Both the position numbers and the translations under genes were made by a program. The notes under the pieces are model-generated. The model searched no databases. It saw only the letters and a program-made list of their open reading frames with translations, and was not told the origin of the DNA. Below, in pieces: positions 12,997 to 24,307 of a stretch of 64,000 bases of DNA. The stretch is from Anolis carolinensis (taxonomy: Eukaryota), in assembly GCF_035594765.1 (NCBI RefSeq), contig NC_085842.1, positions 100,354,782 through 100,418,781 of the forward strand. Reading direction: 5' to 3'. Within the stretch, counting starts at the first letter, position 1. Each line of letters begins with the position of its first letter.

Positions 12997-13699
12997 TACA
13001 ATGTCATACATGCCTTATTTCTTGGGTATGTGGCTATAGCATTTCAGCATAAATGATACCAAATGTAAAGTTCTTTGATCCAATATATATTTTAAACAAT
13101 ATGATCTGATCCTTAAAGCCACAGTGAGCACTGGGGTCAAGTGGCAGCAGGCCCGGCCCAACACGGCACGCTGGCCACGCCCCCGCGTTGGGCGCCACCT
13201 TCCCAGGGGCGCTATTGAGTTTGGAAAGGACTGCCCAGCTGAGCTGAAGTCCAGGCTGCTGGGGCTTGCCTCCTGGAGATGCTTTGGAGGGCGCTGGGGC
13301 AAAGGAGCCTCGCTGAAGCTCTGGGCGGGCGCCCTTTGGGACAAAGCAGTGCCTCTCTTCCCCCGTTTGGCAGCAGATGAGAGCCAGGTTGGCCTCCTTG
13401 GACCTGCTTCGGCTTCCCTCCCCTTTGCCTTTACAGCTGGAGAGCCAGGGCTGCCTGCACATGCAAAATGGAAAGGACACACGAAGTGGGAAAGGCCGGG
13501 TGGATCTCTCCTACTTGTTCAGGATGGGCTCCCATTGGCTATTTGGCGCTGTTTCAGCCGATACTGGCCTCCCTCCCTCTCCCTGCCTGGAAGCCACGCC
13601 CCCTCCTGTTGCTTTCCTCCATTAGCAGCAGCCAGGCCAGCAACGCGCGCCCTGCGAGGTAGGCTAGAAATTTAGAGCAGGATTTAAAACTGCTTTTTA

Positions 13700-14560
13700 T
13701 TTGTGGGTTGTTGTGAGTTTTCCAGGCTGTGTGGCCATGTCGGGAGGCATTGTTTTCTGGCATTTCGCCTATGGGGCAGGCATCCTCGGGGATTGTGAGG
13801 TCTGTTGGAAACTAGGCAAGTGGGGTTTATATACCTATAGAAGGTCCAGGGTGAGAGACAGAACTCTTGTCTGCTTGAGGCAAGTGTGAATGTTGGAATT
13901 GGCCAGCTTGAATAGCATTGAATAGCATTGCAGCTTCAAAGCCTGGCAGCTTCCTGCTTTTTATTAATTTATTTATATCCCTCTCCTGACATTTCACCCA
14001 CATTTATGACAGGAAGAGCCAGCTAATACCTCCCAACAAAGGATTCCCCTAGGCATGAAGCAGCCAGCCTTTGAAGCTGCAAGGCTGCAAAGCTATTCAT
14101 TGCTAATCAATTTGGCCAATGGCAACATTCCCACTTGCCTCCAACAGTTCTTTCTTCTACCCTGGACATCATTCCACAGGTATATATACGCTCCACTTGT
14201 CCCCACCCTCCCTGATTGACTTTGCAGCTGCAAGGCCATTCAATGCTAATCAAGGTGGCCAGTTGCAACATTCACACATGCCTCCAACAGACAAGAGTTC
14301 TTTCTCCCACACTGGACATTATTCCATACTTATATAAACCATTGAAAATCGGCAAAACCTGGCAACCACCATTAAAACACTTTAAAACCAGGACAGTGAA
14401 TAAAGAGCAACACAGAGAAAACAGAGGAATTGCAGACAGGCAACAATCAGGGCCAGCTAACACCACCCAACAAAGTATTCCCCCAGGGAGGAATAAGCCA
14501 GGCTTTCAGGCTCCAAGGCCATTAAGTGCTTATCAGGGTGACCAATTGACTATGCCACAG
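13700..14560. mobile_element. Penelope-like pseudo-LTR fragments, one inverted and several direct copies
   Basis: 13705-13800 is homologous to the 53824-54037 Penelope terminus; recurring blocks such as gctgcaaggc..ttcaatgctaatcaag and aacattc(a/c)cac(t/a)tgcctccaacag. Confidence 0.75.
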
Positions 14561-15027
14561 CAACTGGCTGGTAGAATCATAAAATGTTAAAATTAGAAGG
14601 GACCTTAATGGCCATCACATTCAACCGCATTCTGTCATACAGCAATACACACTTAAAGCATTCCTGAAAGATGACCATCTTTCCCCAAAGATGGAAAGTC
14701 CACAACAGTCCCATACAATCAATTCCACTATCACACAGAATACAAACATTATTCCTAATATTTAGGTGCTTCATTTCCTAGTTTTAGGTGAGATTAGGTC
14801 ATTGTGCCTTCAAGCCATTCCGAACTTATGGCAATCCAATAACAGGGGTTGCTTGGCAAGACTTGTTCAAAGACAGGATGCTGCTGCTTTCCTCAGAGGC
14901 TGAGAGAGTGTGACTTACCAAAGGTCACCTAATGGGCTTCCATAGCACAGCAAAGAATTTGAACCCAGGTCTCAAGAGCCATCGTTCAATGCTCAAACCA
15001 CTACACTGCTGTTTTAGGCTTGATAAT

Positions 15028-15572
15028 GGCCCCTTCTGCACTGCCATATAAAATCTAGATCATCAGCTTTGAACTGGATTATATGGCAGTGTGGACTCAG
15101 ATAATCCAGTTCAAAACAGGTAATGTGGATTATCTGCTTTGATAATCTTATATGGGAGTGTAGAAGGCCCCTTCTACACTGCCATATAAAATCCAGAACG
15201 TCTGCTTTGAACTGGATTATATGGCAGTGTGGACTCAGATAATCCAGTTCAAAACGGGTAATGTGGATTATCTGCTTTGATAATCTTATATGGGAGTGTA
15301 GAAGGCCCCTTCTACACTGCCATATAAAATCCAGATCATCTGCTTTGAACTGGATTATATGGCAGTGTGGACTCAGATAATCCAGTTCAAAGCAGATAAT
15401 GTGGACTATCTGCTTTAATAATCTTATATGGGAATGTAGAAGGTCCCTTCTACACTGCCATATAAAATCCAGATCATCTGCTTTGAACTGGATTATATGG
15501 CAGTGTGGACTCAGATAATCCAGTTCAAAGCAGATAATGTGGATTATCTGCTTTGATAATTTTATATGGGAG
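15028..15572. repeat. Four tandem copies (138-bp period) of a Harbinger-type MITE
   Basis: Units start at 15028, 15166, 15304 and 15442; monomeric copies of the same unit occur at 26719 and 61038. Confidence 0.9.
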
Positions 15573-18500
15573 CAATTGGTGTGTGTGTGTGTGTGGGGGG
15601 GGAATTCTGTTCGCCTACTCTTGAAAATTATGTAGAGCCGGCTCTGAGTGGCAGCTGCACCATTGCTTTCATTGGTTTGTAGATAAGCATGCGAGGGATC
15701 ACTTGCTTTCTTCTCCTTGCTTTCTGGTGTTTTTCTTTAAGTATTCCATCTGGAGCCATAATCCTATGCAAGTGATATTTGCTCTCTGTCTTGTGTTGTG
15801 TTGTGTTGTTCAGACCCGAGTCTAAATCCTCTGCATTCTCGGAGAAGCCATTATAACGGCTTTCACTTTCTATATCATCTCAAACATCTGTTCCTATAAA
15901 CATCTTATGCACAGGAGGCCTTTCTGGTGTTCCTATTAGATTACATACAGTCTTAATCTATTTACAGAAGCTTTTTCTTCACCCTGGAGTTCCTTTCAGA
16001 GAGAGCATGCTGATATCTAAAGATGCAAACTACTCCCTGCTTTGGCTGAGTTATTCTGTCTTTCAAAAGACCTGATCTTCTTAGATGTAGCTCCTACTCC
16101 ATACTCCCAAATAAATGGGCATAGGATTACACACTCTGGGTAAATCTACACTGACCAGCTAAACCAGGCTGATGTGGCATGGCATACACCAGATTGGGTC
16201 AGACAGCTAGACACCCCCCCCCCCCGGGCTGCTGCAGAGGCAAGAGGGAATCCAGACCGCCCAACAGTGAACAGTGTTGAATGTTTTTTGCACCACTAGA
16301 TAGTCACCCTTACCACCACCTCTTCTTATCTGTGTCATTGTGTCTCCAGCCTGACATGAGTCCTACTAGCCAGCTGTCACCTGCAGTGACATCAATTGGG
16401 AAGAGGGGGAGGGGAGAAATAATCTATTCCTTTCTCCTTCCCTTCCCCAATCACTGTGTCACTCCATCCAATGTCACAGCAGGCTACAGGGAACCAGTTA
16501 AACCCCATATCATGGCTGGAGACTGCTGTGACACAGAGGACAGGAGGGACTATGACCTGTATCCCATGCTCTGAATTCAAGGTACAGAAATAAAATGCAC
16601 TCAGTTAATTCAGCCTGAGGGAGGGACGGGGAGAAGAGGAGGGTCAGAAGAAGAGGAAGGGTGGTATCTTGACCTGTACTAGGTTGCAGTTGATTCTCCA
16701 CATTTGTGAGGGTTATGGGCACAGGGCTCCCGCTACCATGGAAAAATTGTGAATATTTTCAGCCTCTCAAACATACATGCTACAGACTCTGCTGCTGTAA
16801 AAAAATCTGCCTCACTCCAAGGTTGTCTCCACTGCACCTCTGCTTCCTAGGAAATTAATAGGAGGCCAGTAGTGATGGAACGGTGGCAGCTGCTATTGGG
16901 TCACAGTCACCTCCCGGGATTTCTTTTGAGGACATGAGACACCTCTGACCCTTCCCAATTTCAGGCAGGTGCAGGTCTCCCACTCCCTCCACAGTAACCT
17001 GTCCAGACCTACCCACCAGTGCCCCATTTCGCAGCATGAGACTGTGGAAGCACTTCAGGAGCCTCACTTGGAGTTGCAGCAGAAGGACCAGGAAACCTGC
17101 GTATCCCCAAGTTCAGTTTGGAAGGAAGGACAGGAAAAGTGGCTGGAAAGAAGACAGAAACAGAGGACTGGGGAGCTTGGGCAGGCTCTCTTCCTTGGCT
17201 GTCTCATTTCTCCCCTGGATGAACTGAGAGCCTTTCCTTGATCAAGAGAAACATGGCAAGCCAGTTTCCCCCTCTCTCAGCCAAAGGAGGAACGGGCTTC
17301 TTTCTCTGGCTGAGAAAAGGAAATTGGTGGGTGAAGGGCAGAAATCTCTTTCTTGGTGGAGAGAAGTGTGGGAATCTAGCTGCATGCACATCTTAGCTTT
17401 TGTGTTCTTCCTCATTAGTATCTTTTGCCATTTGGACTGCACTTTGAAGTTGCATGGCCTCAGGTGTCCCGTTCTAATCTGTGGAATGTTAGAGGGTATG
17501 GTTGTAGGGATATAAAGTCACATTTTCTCAGCCTCAGAGGAAGGCAACGGCAAACCGTTGCTGAACAATTCTTGCCAAGAAAACCTAGTGATAGGTTTGC
17601 CTTAGGGTTGTCATAAGTTGTAAATGACTTGAAGGCATACAACAATAAATATATAGCATGAAAAGATCACATATTCTTTATATTATAGTTATCCCAGTTG
17701 TTTGTTAATGGAGTGTGACCATTGTAATTGTCACATTCTATTAAAGTTTTCTTAAGCTTAAATCAAGTTAAAACATTTATCATTTTCATTTGTCATCTCT
17801 GTCTGCTTTGGGAATCCAAAAGGCAGTAACCTGGAACAGTAAAGTAACCCCTGTGTCATTACATTTTAGATCTTGTGTTTTAAAAGGCAGACTGTTTGAC
17901 AGCTCATTCTTCAGTGAAATAAAATATATGTCTTTGAACAGACTCCTTGCAGTGGTGGTCTTTTTCTGTTTTCACAATATGCTTTGCTTGAATGGTTTTT
18001 ATTGCAACAGTTATATCCTGAGCTAAGTAGTTTTGGCTAAAACATCCTAGTTAAATCACTATGTGTGTGATAACTTGTAGAACTAGGACCAAGCAATATT
18101 TAATTGTAGTTAATTTTGTCAAGTCTGAGGATCTTATCTGAGCATTTGTTAGAATGTTTGTTTTCATTTGTGAGCTTTTAATTTCTTTTTATAATGGTTG
18201 ATGTGGTCAGTGGCCACATTTTCTAGATGTAAGATAGATAAATAATACATTTTGCAGGAACTGACATTTCAGCAATGTTTTAAGAGCCCAAACTTAGAAG
18301 CATTGCCCTGCTTGATCCTAATTAATGGCTTTATGAAGAAAAACAAAATATAAACTTGCAGGGAAATCCAGAATATCTCTATTGATAGTTTTTGGAAATT
18401 CACTTAAGCAACCTGTTTCAAAATAATAACTCTTGAATTATTTGAGTGACAAACTTGGGGCATAAATCTGTTTCCATTTGTCTCTTTTTTTCTGAGGGAG

Positions 18501-19872
18501 CATGGAAATGCAGAGAATATTCTCCTCTTGAAAAGCCAAATATAAATCATTGGACAACATAGTAAATGATGCCAGGCTAAATGTATACAGTCTCTTGCTT
18601 TAAATAAAAAATAGATCAGCAGTTCAACAAAATCCTAGCCAGTTAAATCATGAATGTCAGCAGGAACTGAATAGAACGCAAATCAACAAAAAATAGAACT
18701 CAATGGCATCACATAATGAAAAATATAGGAGTGAATGGCATTAATATCTGTATGCATTTTCCCTTCTTTCATGATTTTGGAACAGCAACTTTATGAGGGC
18801 GTAGGGAGGGACAGGAGAACCAGATGAAAAGTTTGCACCCATCTGTTTCCCATCATTAGGGAATACTCCGCCTTATGAACTCATCTGGAAAGTAACAAGG
18901 GATTTGACCTGACAGAACTGAGATGCTAGCATGCAGATGAATGACCCAATCCAATATTATAGGCACATTGGACCAATAAAATCTCTTCTTACGGATTACA
19001 TTGTGCAGGGGACAAAGACAGGAAAAACATTTCTGCATTTAGAGATCAGAATTCTTTCAGTGATTTGGGAATCTTTTGAACAAAGGAAAACACTCTACTT
19101 ATTCTGAAGTTACAGGATTGGGTTGAAGGTCCAGGATTCAAACCATTGGTTACATACTTGGATTTATATCCCATTTTACAAGTTCAAGATCTCCATCTCA
19201 CCATTTTATCTTCAAAACAACTGTATGAGGTAGGTCAAATTGAGAAAAAAGTCCAAAAGTCCAATGGTTACTCGTGTGCTCGTGGCTTGGTGGGGACTTA
19301 AAGATGGATCTTTCAAGTTCTGCTCCAATGCAGTGCGGCTCCACACCTGGAGGGATTCAGTTCCACAACCCCCTGTTGATGCCAAAAAAATGTGGACAGT
19401 AGCATCCCAAATTATTAAATGGAGGCAACATGCATGCGGATGTTTCAATGTATCCATGTGCATAATGCTGCTAATTTGAATATGGGATGTGGTGATCCAT
19501 AATTTGAAATCATTGATCTGGAGCCCATGGATCAGGAAGACCCTAGTATGCAAACCATTACTACATTTGTCATCCATCTATCCATCCATGCATTGATTTG
19601 GTATCCTCCCATAATTCCTCAAAAACATAGGTTCAAAGCAGCTTAAAAATGTAAAACAATTAGCACCAGAGAAGAAAACATACAAAATACTGTTATGAGG
19701 TAATTTATCTATCCATAACATTAAAGTTCTTTGGAACATCTATAAAGATAAAGATATAAAGATGCTAAAAGGAAGAGTACTATTTAAATCCTTGTCTTAC
19801 GAATTTCAAAGCAAATCAGAATTAAAAAAATGTTTTCTGGCCAACAGAAGGATAACAAGGTGGGGTTCTGTC

Positions 19873-20203
19873 CAGAGGCGGTTCAACCACCAGGCCAAAC
19901 TAGGCAGTTGCCTGTGGTGCCATCTTGTTGGGGGCGCCATCGAGGCAACTCCTGTCTCCTGCGGCATGCCTCCGCAAGGTATTGAACTGCTTTTTCTGTT
20001 GATTTGTTGTAAAACATGATGTTTTAGTGTTTAATTTGTAAAATCTTAATGCAATTTGATGTTTAATAGGCTTTTCCTTAATCCCTCCTTATTATCAAAC
20101 ATTTTAGCTTATCCAACGCTTTTATTTTTCAGTGATTGGTTTGGGGGGGGGGGCGCCAAAATTCTGTTTGCCTACACTTGAAAAATACCTAGGGCCGGCT
20201 CTG
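19873..20203. mobile_element. Non-autonomous hAT element, short relative of 13148-15646
   Basis: Perfect 8-bp TSD gttctgtc at 19865-19872 and 20204-20211; TIR cagaggcggttc / gggccggctctg. Confidence 0.85.
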
Positions 20204-20466
20204 GTTCTGTCAATCTTCCAAAGAAAGGACTGTCAGGACCTGGAGCAGCCATTTTTCCTATCAAATAGTCCTTTCGGTATTAGCTTTGTCTGGTGTATTA
20301 TGGCTGAATCATGACACACACACACACTCACACTACATATGTCTGTGAATATCAATGAAAAAGTTTGAATAAGTAAAAACCGATGGCACCTTTAGAGAAG
20401 TGAACAGTTTTGGTCCAGTTCTCAGGACTGCCAGATTTCAACGGTCCTCTTATTTAACACTTAGGG

Positions 20467-20601
20467 CAGTGATTCTCAACCTGTGCGTCCCCAGATGTTT
20501 TGGCCTTCCACTCCCAGAAATCCTAACAGTTAGTAAACTGGCTGGAATTTCTGGGAGTTGTAGGCCAAAACATTCGGGGACCCACAGGTTGAGAGCCACT
20601 G
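20467..20601. mobile_element. Palindromic hAT MITE, same family as 10937
   Basis: Same TIRs and internal palindrome. Confidence 0.85.
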
Positions 20602-21531
20602 CCTTAGCGTGTGGGAGGGAAATCTCAGGGGAAGAGTTCTGTTTCAAAATGATGCTCAGCAGGCCCCATCTTAAAGAAGAAAAGGGGGCACCAAAAAGCC
20701 CAGTGTGAAGAGGTCCTGTATTCACCAAAGTTACCCAGTAGTTTTTAATAGGACTTTGCAGTCAAATTGGAGTTTGGTCTGCATTTAATAAGCCTTCTTT
20801 CCTGTGGTTATGTCATGGTTAATAATTCAACAGCTGCCAGCTAACAGAGAAAAAGTAGTGTCTCTGCATTTTTCCAGTAGATTGGCAAGATGTTATGAAA
20901 CTTTGGTTTGCTGTATCCACTCAGCAATTCTGAGCCATGTCATCATTACCGTAATTCAGGCCCCACCAAAGTGAAATAAACTTATTAAAAGCAGTTACCA
21001 ATCAAAATGAATCACTATTGGGAACATTGTTTCATATGTGTATGTGTGTGTAAAGTTTCCATGCTAATCCTTTCTACCCCCACTCCATCCCAGTGGAAAA
21101 CTTGTTGAGTTATTCAAATGTATTACATAAGCCTGCTTTTAATGTTTTGCTACACTTGGGATTCTTCTGACAAATGGACTATATTGAATATTTGCTAGTG
21201 ACAGAGAGATGGTAGAAAGAGCGAATGAAGTTAGACATACTTGCTCAAATTTACTCAAGTAGGTCTAACTTTATTATTGGAAGAGTCAAAAGTTGTTAGA
21301 TTTGATTTCAAGGTTGATCCCATGGTTCTGTGCACTAAGGATATCCCTTGATCTTCTCTTTTTCTTTCCCAAACACATAAATGCATACCAGGGTGCTGAA
21401 GTTTCATATTCCAATAAACAGATGTCAGATGATTTCACAATTTGAAAATAAAATTGTTGAAATCAAGTTCCCTTTCCACAGGAAGGAGCAACAGGAGAAC
21501 TATTGGAAAGAACGAGTTACAAAAAAGGGTA

Positions 21532-21934
21532 CAGACAGACCCTGAGTTACAAACATCCAACTTACACATGACTCCTTGTTACAAACGGGGGTGAGACAAT
21601 AAGAAGTAAGAGAACATCTACCTCCTGAAAGAGTTATCATGGGAGAAGAGGTCTCTACTGAAGTTTTTTCATCAATCCTTGTTTCCATGACAACCCAAAA
21701 TGTTCAAAATCCAATTATCACAGGGACAGAAAGTGAGCTGAAGTCTTCTGAACAGGATCACAGACAGCCAAACAAATGTTGGATGGTGTTAACCCTTCCC
21801 TATGCTATCCAAAACTAAAAACATTTTTTTGGCTGGAATTACACTGAAAAAAGTTAGTGTTGAGATTTACATACAAATTCATCTTAAGACCAAACCTACA
21901 CAACTTATCTTGTTCGTAACCCAGGGACTGCCTA
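21532..21934. mobile_element. Tc1/mariner (Tigger-like) MITE
   Basis: ta|cagacagaccctgagttac...gtaacccagggactgcct, degenerate TIRs. Confidence 0.65.
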
Positions 21935-22822
21935 TCCATCCAAGTTACATTTCTTGAGTAACATAACGGATAAGAGAAGCATGATTTAGTGATATAAAGA
22001 GCAGCATTCTCAAGTTTACTTTTGGAAAGTTCCCTCCTCAGGGGAGCAGCAGCAGTGTGCACATGGAAGTCCATTTGTGGAGCCTGGGATGTTGTCATTA
22101 GCAATGGAAATATGTTTGTTTATACCTGCTCTTGTTGGCTTTGTGATTGATTAATATGAACATTGTATATGTGCAGTAGAGCTGGGGAGGTATGCTGATA
22201 TTTATGAATGCTAAAGGTTTCTGTGCTTTGACAGTCTGTTATATAGGTTAACCAAGTTTTTACTTCATTTGTGAGAGCGAGACAGCAATTACAATTTGTG
22301 GGTAGACAGCCTAAGCACTCTGATCTGCCCTGTAGGTCCATGGTATTCTTTGCTGCAGATGAGTGAAAAGATTATTTTCAAGAGATAGAGAGAGCAAATG
22401 CAACAATCTTAAATGGAAATTAAAACCTTATATTTAATGGCTAAGAGATCGGAATTGCTGAGAGACAGCATTGGTTTCCTCTGTGCTCTTTATCTATATC
22501 CACCTATTCATTTTCAAGGGCGACATTGGAGTTTGTATAATAGAAAACAGAAAACATCACTTGTAAATGAATAAATGTTTTGGATACTGTAGGAATTTTT
22601 GTGTACTCTTAACAGACTCCGGAAGCCCTGTCTCAAAAGCAATTTTAGCAGCAATTTATTAAAAAGCTGTTTTATTATACAATACACTCAAATTGATAGC
22701 TAATGACCAGTCAGCTCTTGGACTCTTCGTGTTATAAGCATCTGGTCCACATAACATATTGTCATTTTAAAATCCGTGTTAGAGTTTGGTGGGTTTGAGA
22801 TTTAAGATCATATATCTGTACA

Positions 22823-23094
22823 GGTCGCAGGTTCAAATCCCGGGAGCAGAGTGAGCGCCCGCTGTTAGCTCCAGCTTCTGCCAACCTAGCAGTTCGAAAA
22901 CATGTCAATGTGATTAGATCAATAGGTACCACTCCGGCGGGAAGGTAACAGCGCTCCATGCAGTCATGCCGGCCACATGACCTTGGAGGTGTCTATGGAC
23001 AACACCGGCTCTTCGGCTTAAAACTGGAGATGAGCACCAACCCCCAGAGTCAGACATGACTGGACTTAACATCAGGGGAAACCTTTACCTTTAC
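22823..23094 (+). mobile_element. Sauria SINE, 5'-truncated
   Basis: B-box ggttcaaatccc; core ctagcagttcgaaaacatg; (accttt)n tail; 10-bp TSD tatctgtaca at 22813-22822 and 23095-23104. Confidence 0.9.
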
Positions 23095-23725
23095 TATCTG
23101 TACAAATATACCTGTACTCATGTGACAGTATCCAATATGGAATAAAGGTATGTGTGTATGTGCCCTCACGTTGTATGTTGACTGTGCAGATTTAACAGAA
23201 GAGTTTATAAAAAATTTAACAGGTTTATATGACTACAATTTAATGGAGTAGTCCAGATTATGAAGAAGATTTAATAAGAGAACTTCCTATATCCCAGTGG
23301 CAGCACAATCCTTTTAAAAGAGCACCCCAATTGCCTAAATTTCTTCTGTTTAGGATCAAAGTAGACATGAAGAGGAATGGAATGTCCTTCCCCAATCAGA
23401 TTTCCATCAAAGACATGTGCGTCAACAATTACACTTGCAAATGAAGGTGGTTTTTATTTTCCAATGTTTTGAAAAAAGCATACAAAATGCAAAATGCCTA
23501 GCCAAAGAAAACCATGCCCTACAACAAAGATATATATATTACACCATTTGCCTTTTCTAAATAAATTGTAAACAGATTAACTATTTAAATTCCTAATCTG
23601 AGTCGATTTTTGTGGAGCAAAGAAGTGGGGCAATGATCCTGCCTGCCTACCCTAAATCATGCCCTTGAAAATCCAAAAGTCAAATCAACTTTGAAAATAA
23701 TATGTATTGGCCAGTAGAGTGCCTT

Positions 23726-24307
23726 TTTCTTCTTCTTTCTAAGCTATTTTCCCAGTGGAAGGGTTAGCATTGTGATTGTCATTTCCACAGGGTTTTATTT
23801 TGGGCATTCTCAGGTCTTGGGTTGGCAGCATGCATGTCTTCGTTAATGGTGTCTGTCCATCTTTTATTTGCCCATCCAAAAATCTGACCCCACCTCCCAG
23901 TAGTGCCAGCTGGATAACTAACCAATGGGGAAATGGTCTGCAGTAGTAGGTGGTGTGACGAGCCAGCTGCAGTACAAATGGTCACATCAACCATGAAACT
24001 GTCAAAACCATGAATCCCTAATACAGCTAGGGCATCCCCCTCAGGTGACTTCCACCATTGACCCCCAGGGGTAAAAAGAGCCAGTCAGGGCTACCCATCC
24101 AAGGATGAGATAGGCTAAAGAAGTTAGTTCCATTACATTTAGCAACCTTAAACATAGGAACACTAACCGGACAAACCCATGAATTGGCAAATGCCTTAAA
24201 AAGTTTCAAAGTTGACCTGGCTTGTCTTCAAGAGATAAAATGGAAGGAAAGTCAAGCTAGGGACACTGGTGAAGGATACAAGCTATATTATCATGGCACT
24301 AACACAA
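23726..24307. mobile_element. RTE-clade LINE insertion: 3' end on - strand joined to an inverted 5' end on + strand
   Basis: The - strand gives KRWTDTINEDM...AQNKTLWK plus a (gaa)n tail; the + strand gives LATLNIGTLTG...ELA...VDLACLQEIKW...GEGYKLYYHG (APE N-terminus); TSD agtgcctt at 23718-23725 and 24308-24315. Confidence 0.75.

Larger units (their letters stand above)
13148..15646. mobile_element. Composite non-autonomous hAT element, 2.5 kb, carrying other TE fragments
   Basis: Perfect 8-bp TSD agtggcag at 13140-13147 and 15647-15654; TIR caggcccggccc / gagccggctctg; right subterminal sequence shared with 19873-20203. Confidence 0.85.

Noticed and set aside
13015-13675. Cluster of overlapping 150-180 aa ORFs / CpG-island promoter
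   Set aside because: Stop-poor GC-rich arm of the TSD-bounded hAT element; no recognisable protein.
15028-15572. CRISPR-like array
   Set aside because: Eukaryotic DNA with no unique spacers; whole units repeat and match a dispersed MITE.
16140-17330. GC-richer block with several short ORFs, possibly an exon or Harbinger remnant
   Set aside because: No recognisable protein motif, splice-consistent ADAMTS2 sequence or paired termini found.
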